Shown: positions 49,383-59,269, counted from the stretch's first letter. The stretch is DNA of 64,000 bases from Candidatus Babelota bacterium (GCA_049325595.1 JBMOLF010000010.1:220113-284112), one strand, 5' to 3'. Numbers and translations are program-made. Notes: generated by a model not told the origin, from the letters alone.

Positions 49383-50006
49383 TTATCGAGATAAAAGATC
49401 TTTGAAATATTGTGCCTCTTGAACAGGATCTGAAGCGTCAGTAATACTTTTACCAATAATTAATCCATCTGATTTTAAACTTAAAAAATAGTTAATAGTA
49501 TCACGGGTTATTTTAGCAGACACAAATACTGGTAATTGAGTATTTCCTTTAACCATTTCCCACTTATCAAGAAATTGTACCGATTCTTTTTCATCAAATG
49601 CTTGATGAAAAAGAAGTGCATCGGCTCCTAAATTTTTAGCCTCCAAAGCAGATTGACCTAATGATGATGCGTCAACTAAATCAAGCATCACTTGAATTTT
49701 AGCTTGATGAGCAGCGGCGCACGCGGCATGAATAACATCTTTGCCGGTGCCAGCCATTACGGTCACCCAATCTGCACCCGCATCTGCAAATAACGCAATT
49801 GCTTCTTTGCCTCGATCAATAATTTTAGCGTCAGCAAGTATTTGTTTGCGTGGAAATTGTTCTTTAAATAACTTAACTGCTTTCACGCCATGGCTATAAA
49901 GCAATAATGTCCCAACTTCAAAAATATCTGCATACTCCGCCACTTGCGTGGCAATTTCTAATGCTTTCTCGACGTTGGACATGTCAAACGCTATTTGCAA
50001 TTTCAT
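49383..50006 (-). CDS. 3-hexulose-6-phosphate synthase / KGPDC (OMP decarboxylase-like barrel) family protein
   Basis: MKLQIAFD, FEVGTLL, ILADAKIIDRG, AGADWVTV, IIGKSIT. Confidence 0.85.
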   Translation of the reverse strand: MKLQIAFDMSNVEKALEIATQVAEYADIFEVGTLLLYSHGVKAVKLFKEQFPRKQILADAKIIDRGKEAIALFADAGADWVTVMAGTGKDVIHAACAAAHQAKIQVMLDLVDASSLGQSALEAKNLGADALLFHQAFDEKESVQFLDKWEMVKGNTQLPVFVSAKITRDTINYFLSLKSDGLIIGKSITDASDPVQEAQYFKDLLSR

Positions 50007-50115
50007 ATGAATGTTCCTTTTACAATTATCTCTCTCAATATGAAAATTACCTTAGAGTAACAATTGGCAGTATAACAACATTTAAAAAAAATTAAAAAAT
50101 GCCTTTTTTTATATA

Positions 50116-50835
50116 TTAATAACGACTACCAGTAAAACGAATAAGTCGCTTTTCATCTCTTTTATACCAGCGAGGTACTAAGCTGAAAAAGTGCATAAGA
50201 TTAAGAACATATAACGCATCTTTGGTTATATTAAGGCCTTTTTTAATATATATATCTGGTAAAATAAGATGAGGAGATTCTTGTGCTAACGTAATTCCCA
50301 ATGGAACATATACATATTTGGGATGGGCAAATATGGTTACCGAATCTCTGGGTACTTGATTGTTTGTTGGTAAAGGTTCTTGGGTCGCTCGCCAAAATAA
50401 TATTTTTGTTTCAGGGTCCTCTGTTTTTTCAAACAAATATAACTTTGCGGCGGTTCCTTCTTCTAACTCCCAATGGCTTACCGTATTGTGCGCCATCATA
50501 ATAGGGCTAATTTTTTCAGTTACTAAAACATATACCGATTCAGTGCGGTGCCAACGAGGGAAGATTGTTTGCCCATGAATATCAGAGGCCGCTAAAAAAC
50601 CATAATAGGTAGAAAAAATCCCGGCAATTCTATTATTAGTAAGTAATTTAAGATGTTCGCGTGAAAGTTTTAATGAATTGCTTAACTTGGTAACTTTTTT
50701 TTCTGTTTTTTCTGGTATAACTATGTGAGGAAATGGCTTATAAAAAAAAGTGAGTAATTGTGTTGCTTCAAGCGCATTAGTAAAAAATGCAAAATATGTT
50801 ATAATTAACGCAAACTTACGAAAAAAATAGTTCAT
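50116..50835 (-). CDS. Exported hypothetical protein
   Basis: 239-aa ORF with signal-peptide-like N-terminus; no recognised domain. Confidence 0.75.
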   Translation of the reverse strand: MNYFFRKFALIITYFAFFTNALEATQLLTFFYKPFPHIVIPEKTEKKVTKLSNSLKLSREHLKLLTNNRIAGIFSTYYGFLAASDIHGQTIFPRWHRTESVYVLVTEKISPIMMAHNTVSHWELEEGTAAKLYLFEKTEDPETKILFWRATQEPLPTNNQVPRDSVTIFAHPKYVYVPLGITLAQESPHLILPDIYIKKGLNITKDALYVLNLMHFFSLVPRWYKRDEKRLIRFTGSRY

Positions 50836-50925
50836 ACTATCTCTTGCTTAAATACGAGCAATAACAATTAGGTACTAAAAGCCTATCAAATGGAAGAATC
50901 TAAAAGCTAGGGTTACGGATAACAT

Positions 50926-51567
50926 ATGACAATGACATTGAATAAACATAATTACTCGTGGAATGATATCATTGCTGATTATCACTTATCAGAGCATCAA
51001 TTATGGCAATTCAATACCTACCAGCAGTTCTTAATTGAAAAAAATAACGATTTTAATTTAACGGCTATAACTGATCCGGAAGAAATACAAAAATTTCATT
51101 TTGTTGATTCACTTTCGATAGCATCATTTGTTGATTTTAACCGTATACAATCGATTGCTGATATAGGAACTGGTGCCGGGTTTCCCGCGATCCCTCTTAA
51201 AATAGTTTTTCCGCATCTTCGTGTGTATCTTTTGGAAGTTAATAAGAAAAAAATTAATTTTTTACAGGAATTAGCACGCCTATTAAATTTGTCCGATATT
51301 GTTACGTGTGATTATGATTGGCGTACTTTTTTACGTAAGACAACTTATCCTATAGATCTTTTTGTTTCGCGTGCCTCATTGCATCCAGATGAATTGTTGC
51401 GGGTATTTAAAAAAAGTTCTCCTTACAAGCACACGCAATTGGTATACTGGGCATCACAAAATTGGCTACCACAGGAAGATGAAAAGAAACATCTAGCTCG
51501 TAAAGAAATATATAGTGTGGGTAATAAAACGCGCCAGTTAATTTTTTTTAAGAACTATATCGAATAA
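50926..51567 (+). CDS. rsmG: 16S rRNA m7G527 methyltransferase
   Basis: NLTAI, HFVDSL, DIGTGAGFPAIPL, VSRA. Confidence 0.93.
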   Translation: MTMTLNKHNYSWNDIIADYHLSEHQLWQFNTYQQFLIEKNNDFNLTAITDPEEIQKFHFVDSLSIASFVDFNRIQSIADIGTGAGFPAIPLKIVFPHLRVYLLEVNKKKINFLQELARLLNLSDIVTCDYDWRTFLRKTTYPIDLFVSRASLHPDELLRVFKKSSPYKHTQLVYWASQNWLPQEDEKKHLARKEIYSVGNKTRQLIFFKNYIE

Positions 51568-51665
51568 GCTTAGGACTCATTTGCTAATACTACTGGCTAT
51601 GTGTAGATTGCCTATATTAAGATAACTCAAAAATGAGCGCTGCTAACAAGAGAAAGGCTTTTTTT

Positions 51666-53057
51666 ATGAAAAAGGGATTATTTGCAAGTTATGTTGCAGG
51701 AATCAAAGATTTTCAAGTCGGTGAGTCATACCAAACAATAATTCGTTATTTTTTGCCCGAATATGTAACATCACTAGTAGTTTTTTCGATGCCATTTCTT
51801 TTAGATTCCTATTTTATTGGGCACTTAGAATCTATGTCTGCATATGCTACTTTAGGGGTAACAAATAATCTTATCCATTTTTTTATCAAAGTAGCAGAGG
51901 CATTTTCAGTTGGTGCGGTAGTTCTTGCTGGTCAGTTCAACGGTAGAGAGCAATATAAGAATGTTGGCAAAGTAATAAGAGATTCTTTTTGGATTACCTG
52001 TTTTTTAGGAGCACTCATTTCAAGTGCTCTTTATTTTGGTGCTCATGCGATTTATTCATGGCATAATGTTCCTGCTGAAATTGCACATCTTGGTATTCCT
52101 TTTCTTCAATTGCGTGCGGTAGGAATTTTTTTTACTTTTCTTGCCTATGCTTTTATTGGTTTTTTTAAAGGAATTAAAAACACACAAACTCCTATGAAAA
52201 TTTATTTGATGGGAGCTATTGTATTTGTTTTATGTGATTATATTTTTATTTTTGGCAATTTTGGAGCACCTCAAATGGGGTTAAATGGTTCAGCTCTTGC
52301 ATCCGTAATACAAAGTTTAGTGATGCTTGCGGCTGCAATTTGGTTTATTTTTGGTGATAAAAATTATAGACATTTTGGTATTCATTTATTTTCAGGATTA
52401 AAAGAAAAAGGCTATATTAAAGAACTTTTAACCTTAATTTGGCCTATGGTTATTGATAAGGCAACATTGGCTGCTGCCTATGTATGGCTTAACAAAATGT
52501 TATGCCCAATGGGTACTTGTGCTATTGCTAGTTTCTCTGCAGTAAAAGATATGGAGCGATTTGCCTTTTTACCGGCAATAGCATGTGCACAAATTATTAC
52601 TTTTTTGGTGAGTAATGACTATGGAATAGGAAATTGGGCAAGTATTAAGAACAATATAAAAAAAGTAATATTTTTAGCTTCTATTATGGTGTTTACTATT
52701 TTACTTGTTTTTTCTTTGTTTCCCCATGTGGTAATGCAGTTTTTTGATAGAAAAGGAGAATTTTCTCCTATGGCAGCGCAAGTTTTTCCGATTTTGAGTA
52801 TACTGGTCTTTTTTGATTTGCTACAATTAATATTATCAGGTGCCTTGCGTGGAGCCAGTAATGTAAAAACAGTCATGATGGTGCGCCTTATGGTATGTCT
52901 TGGGTATTTTGTACCCGTATCATATGTGCTCTCAAATATGCCAATAAGCAATGTAGCGCTTAAGTTTATGCTTATCTATGGATCGTTCTACATAGGAAAT
53001 GCTCTCATGAGTTTGGTATATATTCACCGATTCCGCACTGATGATTGGAAATCATAA
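51666..53057 (+). CDS. MATE family efflux transporter
   Basis: Multi-TM protein; KGIKNTQTPM, GLNGSALAS, SGALRGASN; alternative start at 51633. Confidence 0.9.
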   Translation: MKKGLFASYVAGIKDFQVGESYQTIIRYFLPEYVTSLVVFSMPFLLDSYFIGHLESMSAYATLGVTNNLIHFFIKVAEAFSVGAVVLAGQFNGREQYKNVGKVIRDSFWITCFLGALISSALYFGAHAIYSWHNVPAEIAHLGIPFLQLRAVGIFFTFLAYAFIGFFKGIKNTQTPMKIYLMGAIVFVLCDYIFIFGNFGAPQMGLNGSALASVIQSLVMLAAAIWFIFGDKNYRHFGIHLFSGLKEKGYIKELLTLIWPMVIDKATLAAAYVWLNKMLCPMGTCAIASFSAVKDMERFAFLPAIACAQIITFLVSNDYGIGNWASIKNNIKKVIFLASIMVFTILLVFSLFPHVVMQFFDRKGEFSPMAAQVFPILSILVFFDLLQLILSGALRGASNVKTVMMVRLMVCLGYFVPVSYVLSNMPISNVALKFMLIYGSFYIGNALMSLVYIHRFRTDDWKS

Positions 53058-53079
53058 ACATTTAATACAAAGGTCAGCG

Positions 53080-53364
53080 ATGGTTAAAGTTACCAAGGAA
53101 GAATTGCTTAAATTTGCTCATCTTTCTCGTATTGAAATTCATGAAACTGAAATAGAATCATTGCTTAAGCAACTTAATGATGTTCTCAGTTATGCGCAGC
53201 GAGTACAAGATATAGCGCAGCAGTCTGAAGAATTGTTACATAAGAATGCTAATTCATGGCGTGAAGATGAAGTAATTAAAACAGATCCACAACCATTGCT
53301 TAATAATGCTCCAGAGCATGAATCTGGTTATTTTGTGGTTCCGGTAGTTCTTGAAAATGAATAA
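53080..53364 (+). CDS. gatC: Asp/Glu-tRNA amidotransferase subunit C
   Basis: AHLSRIE, WREDEV, LNNAPEHESGYFVVP; precedes gatA. Confidence 0.92.
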   Translation: MVKVTKEELLKFAHLSRIEIHETEIESLLKQLNDVLSYAQRVQDIAQQSEELLHKNANSWREDEVIKTDPQPLLNNAPEHESGYFVVPVVLENE

Positions 53365-53374
53365 AGGCTTTGGT

Positions 53375-54820
53375 ATGAACATACTTGCATTTGCATCAAT
53401 TAAAGAAATAAAAGAAAAATTAGCAAAAAAAGAAATTTCTCAAGAAGAGGTATTGACCTATTTTCTTGATAGGTTTGCAAAACATGACCAATCAATAGAA
53501 TCGGCATTAGAAATATTTGATAAGCAATCAATAGTAGAAAGCTCATCAAAAGATGGTTTTTTAGCTGGCATACCAGGCATTATTAAAGATAATATTCTTC
53601 AAAAAGATAGAAAAGTTACCTGTGCTTCTAAAATTTTAAAAGGTTTTAAAGCAACCTACGATGCAACCGTTACTGATCGCTTAAAAAAACAAGGTGCATT
53701 GATTGTAGGAAGAGCAAACTGTGATGAGTTTGCAATGGGAAGCTCTGGAGAAACCAGTGCGTATAAAAAATCAAAAAATCCATGGGATCTTGAGCGCGTA
53801 CCAGGTGGCTCAAGCAGTGGTTCAGCAGCAGCTGTTGCTGCAGGATTGGTGCCTTGGTCGCTTGGCTCTGAAACCGGTGGCTCAATTAGATTACCTGCAG
53901 CATTTTGTAATTTAGTTGGTATTAAACCAACCTATGGTAGAGTTTCGCGCTATGGGTTAGTTGCTTATGGATCTTCGCTCGATCAAGTTGGCGCATTTAC
54001 GCGTACTGTGTATGATAATGCCCTGGTAATGTCCGCTATAGCAGGCCATGATGTAAAAGATTCTTCCAGCAGGACTGTACCCAATACTGATTATACGGCC
54101 AATTTGACTGGCAAACTCAAATCGGGACTTACTATTGGCGTAATTGAAAATGCCTTATATGCGCCGGGAATGGATCCAGAAATTGCAGCGGCAATTGATA
54201 CAGCAATTAAAGAATATGAAAAACTGGGTGCGACCATTAAAAAAATTTCATTGCCAACCGTTGAATATGGTGCTGCCACTTACTTTATTATAAGTCGTGC
54301 AGAAGCGGCATCAAATTTAGCTCGCTTTGATGGTGTTCGTTATGGATTGCGTGCAGATGTTGATAATTTAAATGAAATGTATCTAAAAACTCGACACGAT
54401 GGTTTTGGCTCTGAAGTGAAAGCTCGTATTATTGTGGGCAACTATGTATTATCAGCTAGCCATGCAGGGCAATATTATCAAAAAGCTAACATGGTTCGTG
54501 CTATGATTCGCTCTGAGTTTTTAAATGCATTTAAATCGGTTGATGTCTTATTAATGCCTACTCACTCAATTCCACCATTTAAATTTGGATCATTTGAAGT
54601 GGACAAACTAGCTATGGACTTGCAAGACAACTTCACCTGTACGGCTAATTTAGCGCATATTCCTGCATTATCTATTCCATGTGGGTTCACTAAAGACAAG
54701 TTGCCAATTGGTTTGCAATTGATAGGTCCAGACTTCTCAGAAGAGTTGCTGTATCAAACAGCGTATGCCTATGAGCAAATAACACCATGGCATACCTATA
54801 AGCCAGATAATTTGGATTAA
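53375..54820 (+). CDS. gatA: Asp/Glu-tRNA amidotransferase subunit A
   Basis: KDN, DEFAMGSS, PGGSSSGS, SETGGSIR, SNLARFDGVRYG; alternative start at 53357. Confidence 0.97.
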   Translation: MNILAFASIKEIKEKLAKKEISQEEVLTYFLDRFAKHDQSIESALEIFDKQSIVESSSKDGFLAGIPGIIKDNILQKDRKVTCASKILKGFKATYDATVTDRLKKQGALIVGRANCDEFAMGSSGETSAYKKSKNPWDLERVPGGSSSGSAAAVAAGLVPWSLGSETGGSIRLPAAFCNLVGIKPTYGRVSRYGLVAYGSSLDQVGAFTRTVYDNALVMSAIAGHDVKDSSSRTVPNTDYTANLTGKLKSGLTIGVIENALYAPGMDPEIAAAIDTAIKEYEKLGATIKKISLPTVEYGAATYFIISRAEAASNLARFDGVRYGLRADVDNLNEMYLKTRHDGFGSEVKARIIVGNYVLSASHAGQYYQKANMVRAMIRSEFLNAFKSVDVLLMPTHSIPPFKFGSFEVDKLAMDLQDNFTCTANLAHIPALSIPCGFTKDKLPIGLQLIGPDFSEELLYQTAYAYEQITPWHTYKPDNLD

Positions 54821-54822
54821 AT

Positions 54823-54858
54823 AAAAAAGGCTCACTTTTTAAAAGTGAGCCTTTTTTT
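54823..54858. terminator. Bidirectional intrinsic terminator
   Basis: Near-perfect palindrome aaaaaaggctcacttttt/aaaagtgagccttttttt between convergent genes. Confidence 0.9.
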
Positions 54859-54878
54859 GTGTGGGTAATTAAAAAAAA

Positions 54879-55343
54879 TTAATGTTTACCTTTATAGATG
54901 TTTTCTAGTTGTTCAGATGTTAGCTGAGGTCCATAGCTTTTATACTTTTCATTATATATTCTAACTATGGTTTCCATAACTTCTTTTTTTTCTGCTGTAT
55001 GGTGTAATAACTGAGGAGTAGGAGCAATCTCTTTTTGTTCTTGGCGTAATAGTTTTAATGATTCTTCTGAACGTTGTAATGTTTCGACGGTTGTCGGTGT
55101 ATTAGCATTGTTAGCAAAATAATCGTCAAGTTTGGTAATAATTTGTCCTAAATATTCCGTTTTGAGTTCTTTCGGAATTACGTTATCAAAATATTCACTA
55201 TCTTTAGTGAATATACTATCAAAAGTATTAATTGCTGCGCGATCATCCACCTCTGTTGACAACCTTGTTTTTTTAACTGATTGTTGTTCCATAGTGAAGC
55301 AGCAAGATGCGCTCATTGCAACAAGTAGTAATATTTTATTCAT
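54879..55343 (-). CDS. Secreted hypothetical protein (signal peptide + ME)
   Basis: MNKILLLVAMSASCCFT-MEQQ; weak similarity to the neighbouring 55379 ORF. Confidence 0.75.
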   Translation of the reverse strand: MNKILLLVAMSASCCFTMEQQSVKKTRLSTEVDDRAAINTFDSIFTKDSEYFDNVIPKELKTEYLGQIITKLDDYFANNANTPTTVETLQRSEESLKLLRQEQKEIAPTPQLLHHTAEKKEVMETIVRIYNEKYKSYGPQLTSEQLENIYKGKH

Positions 55344-55378
55344 AGTTGGTCTCTATAAAATATTAATTATGATTAATC

Positions 55379-55936
55379 TTATTTTTTTAAATTAAGCAAT
55401 CGATCATATTCTATAATTAACTTTTTTTGGAGTTCTTCGATAGTTAAGTCAGGAGTAAGTGGAGAACTGTTATATTCTTTACAATAATTCTCATATTCAC
55501 GATTAAAAACTTTATGTGTTTCAGCTGTTTCGGTTATAAGTTTACATTCTCTTGCGTGAGAATCCTCTTTATTTTGAGTTCCTTTTTGCTGTAATTTATG
55601 TCTTAAAAGAGTTCGATTGGTTTCAATTACAGTAGCCTGAACTGTCGTATTGATAATTTTTGGCTTTTCTTTGCTAGTTAATTGCTGTTGATTAACATTT
55701 TTGTTATTGATTAATTGATCTAATGTGGTAGTTATTTTTGTTAAAGGCACATTTTGTTTTGTGTATAAATCAACTAATTGTTTAATTTTGGCCTTGTTTG
55801 GATGAGTATTTTGCGGATCAACACTTATCTGGATTGCTTTTTCTAGAGTATTTATTTCTTGATCAATTTTTTCCATTCCCTGAATTAGTGTAAAAGTACT
55901 AATAAAAATTAATAAACTTAGTTTTTTTATTTCCAT
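55379..55936 (-). CDS. Secreted hypothetical protein (signal peptide + ME)
   Basis: GAGG RBS, MEIKKLSLLIFISTFTLIQG-MEKI. Confidence 0.75.
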   Translation of the reverse strand: MEIKKLSLLIFISTFTLIQGMEKIDQEINTLEKAIQISVDPQNTHPNKAKIKQLVDLYTKQNVPLTKITTTLDQLINNKNVNQQQLTSKEKPKIINTTVQATVIETNRTLLRHKLQQKGTQNKEDSHARECKLITETAETHKVFNREYENYCKEYNSSPLTPDLTIEELQKKLIIEYDRLLNLKK

Positions 55937-55997
55937 TTGCAACCTCAATAGTAAATAATGCCTTTCATTCAACTATTTTCACTTTAACACAAAAAAT

Positions 55998-56576
55998 TCA
56001 AATAGCAAGGTCAGGGAAAGATTGAAACAAGTTGTTATTGTTGTTTTCTAATTGAAATTTCGCTACGACGTAATTTTTAGCTGCTATATCTATGTTTGCT
56101 TGTTTTCTTGTTAAATCAGTAGTGTAGTTTATTAGGTTAGCCCAGGTTGGACTGCCAGGTTTTTCATTGCTAATTAGTAGATTAGCTTGGTTTTTAATTT
56201 GTTCTAAGGCAGACCATGCATGGGTAATGGTACCTATGGTAATGTTATCCAATATCTGAAATTGCTGTGTTACTCTATGATTTAAATAAGTTTCCTCTTC
56301 AAAACAGATTTTAGCTATTTCAGCATTAAGAAATGCCGTATATAAATCGGCTTCATGTTTTTTTAACGATAACAGCGTCAATGTATACATAGGAAATTTA
56401 TGAGCAATATCAGTAAATAGAGTGGTTACTTCTTTTACTGCATCATGCATGGCATCTATTTGTTGCAAATCTTGATCAATTTTTTTAATGATCTGTTCTT
56501 GATGCGATGCTGCTCTATGCTCCATTGGTAGTGCGGTGCTCAAATAACTTAATAATAAAATAAGAATAACTAACAT
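55998..56576 (-). CDS. Secreted helical hypothetical protein (signal peptide + ME)
   Basis: GGAGG RBS, MLVILILLLSYLSTALP-MEHR. Confidence 0.75.
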   Translation of the reverse strand: MLVILILLLSYLSTALPMEHRAASHQEQIIKKIDQDLQQIDAMHDAVKEVTTLFTDIAHKFPMYTLTLLSLKKHEADLYTAFLNAEIAKICFEEETYLNHRVTQQFQILDNITIGTITHAWSALEQIKNQANLLISNEKPGSPTWANLINYTTDLTRKQANIDIAAKNYVVAKFQLENNNNNLFQSFPDLAI

Positions 56577-56584
56577 AGTTCCTC

Positions 56585-56624
56585 CATAAAATAAAAAGAG
56601 AGTCGATAATAGATCGACTCTCTT
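56585..56624 (-). terminator. Intrinsic terminator of brnQ
   Basis: 12-bp stem aagagagtcgat/atcgactctctt with T-rich tail on the minus strand. Confidence 0.85.
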
Positions 56625-56645
56625 AGGTATATGCTTTTGTTTAAT

Positions 56646-57794
56646 TTACCATAAATACTTTACTAAAAGAGTTGCTGCTAAGGTAAAAGCTACTGGCAAC
56701 TTCACCGAACGCCATCCCCATAATTGATGCCCAATGTTAACAAGAGCAAGCATAATAAGTGCTGGATAGCAGGTAATAACTATTGGGGCAATCAGATTCA
56801 TAATTTTTTCAAATCCAAGATTTGCCATTACCGTGGTAATACCAATGGTTACTCCAAGGCATACTAAATATTGGACTTTATTTTTAAAAATCTCGGTTTG
56901 CAGATAATCAGTAAACACGGCGGTAAGCGCTACTGAAGTAGTTAAGCAAGCGACTGCTACGGTGATATTTGCTAAAATTCCTGCTTGTGGTCCTAAAATA
57001 ATTGAAGCCAATACGGTAAGAATTTTAGAGCGATCATTAATTCCTTGTAGTGCTGGAGCATACATTGCAGCTACAATGCAAAAACCTGCATACACTACTG
57101 CCAAAAGAATAGCGCCTATTGCTCCTGCTTGCAATCCAACTATCATTTGTTGCTTTTTGGTGCTTAGATTCATGCTTCGTTTTAACCCAGAGAAAATAAG
57201 GGTTGAAAAGAAAATAGTTGCAAGTAAATCCAGTGTCCAATACCCATCTATAAGGCCACGAAAGAAGCTATCGCTTGGGCTAATGTCAAAGTGTGGAGGT
57301 GTTGCTGACCAATAAAGACCAAACAAAACAATAGAAAGTAATAAAGTTAGTTTTAAAGGCCCTAAAAATCTTCCAATAATATCAATTACGGCACTTTGCT
57401 TGAACGTGAAAAGAAAAATAGTAGCTGCTGCTAATAAACTAAAAGTAAAAAGCGAAATCCATGGTACGTAATAGGATACTGCAGAATGAGAAACAGTAAT
57501 GCAGCGTGGAATAATTGCAAATGGTCCAATGAGCAATAGGCACATAAAAATTGCAATTGACCCTGGTACACGACCTATCAACTTAAATAGTTTTTTATAA
57601 TCACCATCGGCAAGGTTAGCGGAAATTAAACCAATTAATGGAACAATTGTTGCGGTAATAATAAACCCAAAAAGTGCATACCACACCATATCACCAGTAT
57701 CGCGGCCTAGTGCAAGTGGAAAAACAATATTACCTGCGCCGAATAACATTGCAAACATTGCAAGCCCAGCAGAAAAAATTTTAAAAAATTTCAT
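56646..57794 (-). CDS. brnQ: Branched-chain amino acid:cation symporter (LIVCS family)
   Basis: FAMLFGAGNIVFP, IGPFAIIPR, GYWTLDLLA, ACLTTSV, YPA. Confidence 0.93.
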   Translation of the reverse strand: MKFFKIFSAGLAMFAMLFGAGNIVFPLALGRDTGDMVWYALFGFIITATIVPLIGLISANLADGDYKKLFKLIGRVPGSIAIFMCLLLIGPFAIIPRCITVSHSAVSYYVPWISLFTFSLLAAATIFLFTFKQSAVIDIIGRFLGPLKLTLLLSIVLFGLYWSATPPHFDISPSDSFFRGLIDGYWTLDLLATIFFSTLIFSGLKRSMNLSTKKQQMIVGLQAGAIGAILLAVVYAGFCIVAAMYAPALQGINDRSKILTVLASIILGPQAGILANITVAVACLTTSVALTAVFTDYLQTEIFKNKVQYLVCLGVTIGITTVMANLGFEKIMNLIAPIVITCYPALIMLALVNIGHQLWGWRSVKLPVAFTLAATLLVKYLW

Positions 57795-57876
57795 GAGTAT
57801 CCTTTGATAGAATCATTAAAAGGCACTTAGCCTTCATAATGCAGTTAATTTGATAGATACGAAAATAATAAATTTT

Positions 57877-58068
57877 TTATAAAGAAGAAATACCGCATGC
57901 CATACAGGCAATGCCTTGGGAGATTGCAGCGCAGAGAGTAATTGCTGCCATACACATATAAGAGAGAGTGGAAAATGACATGCTTTGGCATGCAGAAGAT
58001 AAGGTACTATTTAAGAGATTCTCATTGAGAAATCCCGGTGGCGTTGATAGATCATGATATGATTTCAT
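57877..58068 (-). CDS. Small Ser/Cys/Met-rich ORF upstream of brnQ (putative leader peptide)
   Basis: Strong GAGGAG RBS; 63 aa with 12 Ser, 5 Cys, 5 Met; hairpin between it and brnQ. Confidence 0.6.
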   Translation of the reverse strand: MKSYHDLSTPPGFLNENLLNSTLSSACQSMSFSTLSYMCMAAITLCAAISQGIACMACGISSL

Positions 58069-58300
58069 GCCAGCTCCTCAATTGTGTGTTTTATGTATTA
58101 GTATCACCAATATTCCTTTAGTGTATAAAAATATCAATAAAATACAACTGTACAAAAAATAGCGACTGCTGTTTATTCAAATTGATATTAATTTTAACGG
58201 GCTAAATTTTTTTTACTGTATTAATATTCTTGTAAATAGTTACCCGAAAAAGATAAGATTAAAAAGGTTCTGGGGGACATGCATGAGATAGGGTAAATGT

Positions 58301-59164
58301 ATGGCTAAAAATAAAATGCGGCTGCTTTTTTTTATGTGTGCTGTATTGAGCTGCCATAGTATGCAGGGTGCAGAGCCAAAGCCTCAAAAATGCAAAACAA
58401 CTTTAAGAAAAAAACGACCTCTCAAAAATCAAAAATATGAACAAGACCTTCTCAAAGTAAAGCATGGATTGTCTGATATTGTCGCCGATGTATTTAGGCT
58501 TAATCTTAACATTATTTCATGGGATACGTTTAAGGTCATTAGTACGGTATTCCCTTTGTATATTGGATTACGCATGGTCGATGACCGGATACAGAGCCAT
58601 TTTTTTTGTCATAAACATAAAAAAAATATTAACCAGCCACCCCATTGGTGCTATGAAGTAGCACGTTTTGGCTTAGGTATACCAATTGTATTACTTGGAA
58701 GCCAAGCTTTTTTAAGCAGAGATTTAGAATTCAGATTAGCAGGCCGCATGTTATTGCTGGGGTTGCCTTTTGTAATTTTTGGCAAAGATATTATTAAAAA
58801 ATTTGATGCCGATTGTTGTTTGCGACCCTGGCATGAAAATTTTTGTCATACAAAAAAACGAGCATTGGGTGGATTCCCTTCAGGTCATATGGCTCAAGCA
58901 TTTTATATCACTATGCTCTATGGCATGCGCTTTGGTCCTAAATTTGCTATCCCCTTAGGGCTTTATACGGCAGCTCTTGCTGGTGTATTTTTAGCCTGCA
59001 ATCGCCATTATGTTTCTCAATTAGCTGCGGGTGCTGCATTAGGAGGAATTTATGCTTTTGCAGCAAATAAGCTTATTAATACTAAATTGTCTGAATCATG
59101 CCAGCTTGAATTTAAAGTTAGCGATAAGGGCTATCCCGGCATGAAAATGTGTTATTCATTTTAA
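58301..59164 (+). CDS. PAP2 family phosphatase
   Basis: RP, FPSGH and RHY motifs; signal peptide and TM helices. Confidence 0.85.
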   Translation: MAKNKMRLLFFMCAVLSCHSMQGAEPKPQKCKTTLRKKRPLKNQKYEQDLLKVKHGLSDIVADVFRLNLNIISWDTFKVISTVFPLYIGLRMVDDRIQSHFFCHKHKKNINQPPHWCYEVARFGLGIPIVLLGSQAFLSRDLEFRLAGRMLLLGLPFVIFGKDIIKKFDADCCLRPWHENFCHTKKRALGGFPSGHMAQAFYITMLYGMRFGPKFAIPLGLYTAALAGVFLACNRHYVSQLAAGAALGGIYAFAANKLINTKLSESCQLEFKVSDKGYPGMKMCYSF

Positions 59165-59269
59165 AATAGAATGTGGCGGACTTTCTTTTTGGCTTATTGC
59201 CAATTAAACGCTATACTAAGAAAAAATAGATTTTAATCACTTCAAAACTTCAAACAAGCATTTTTTACT

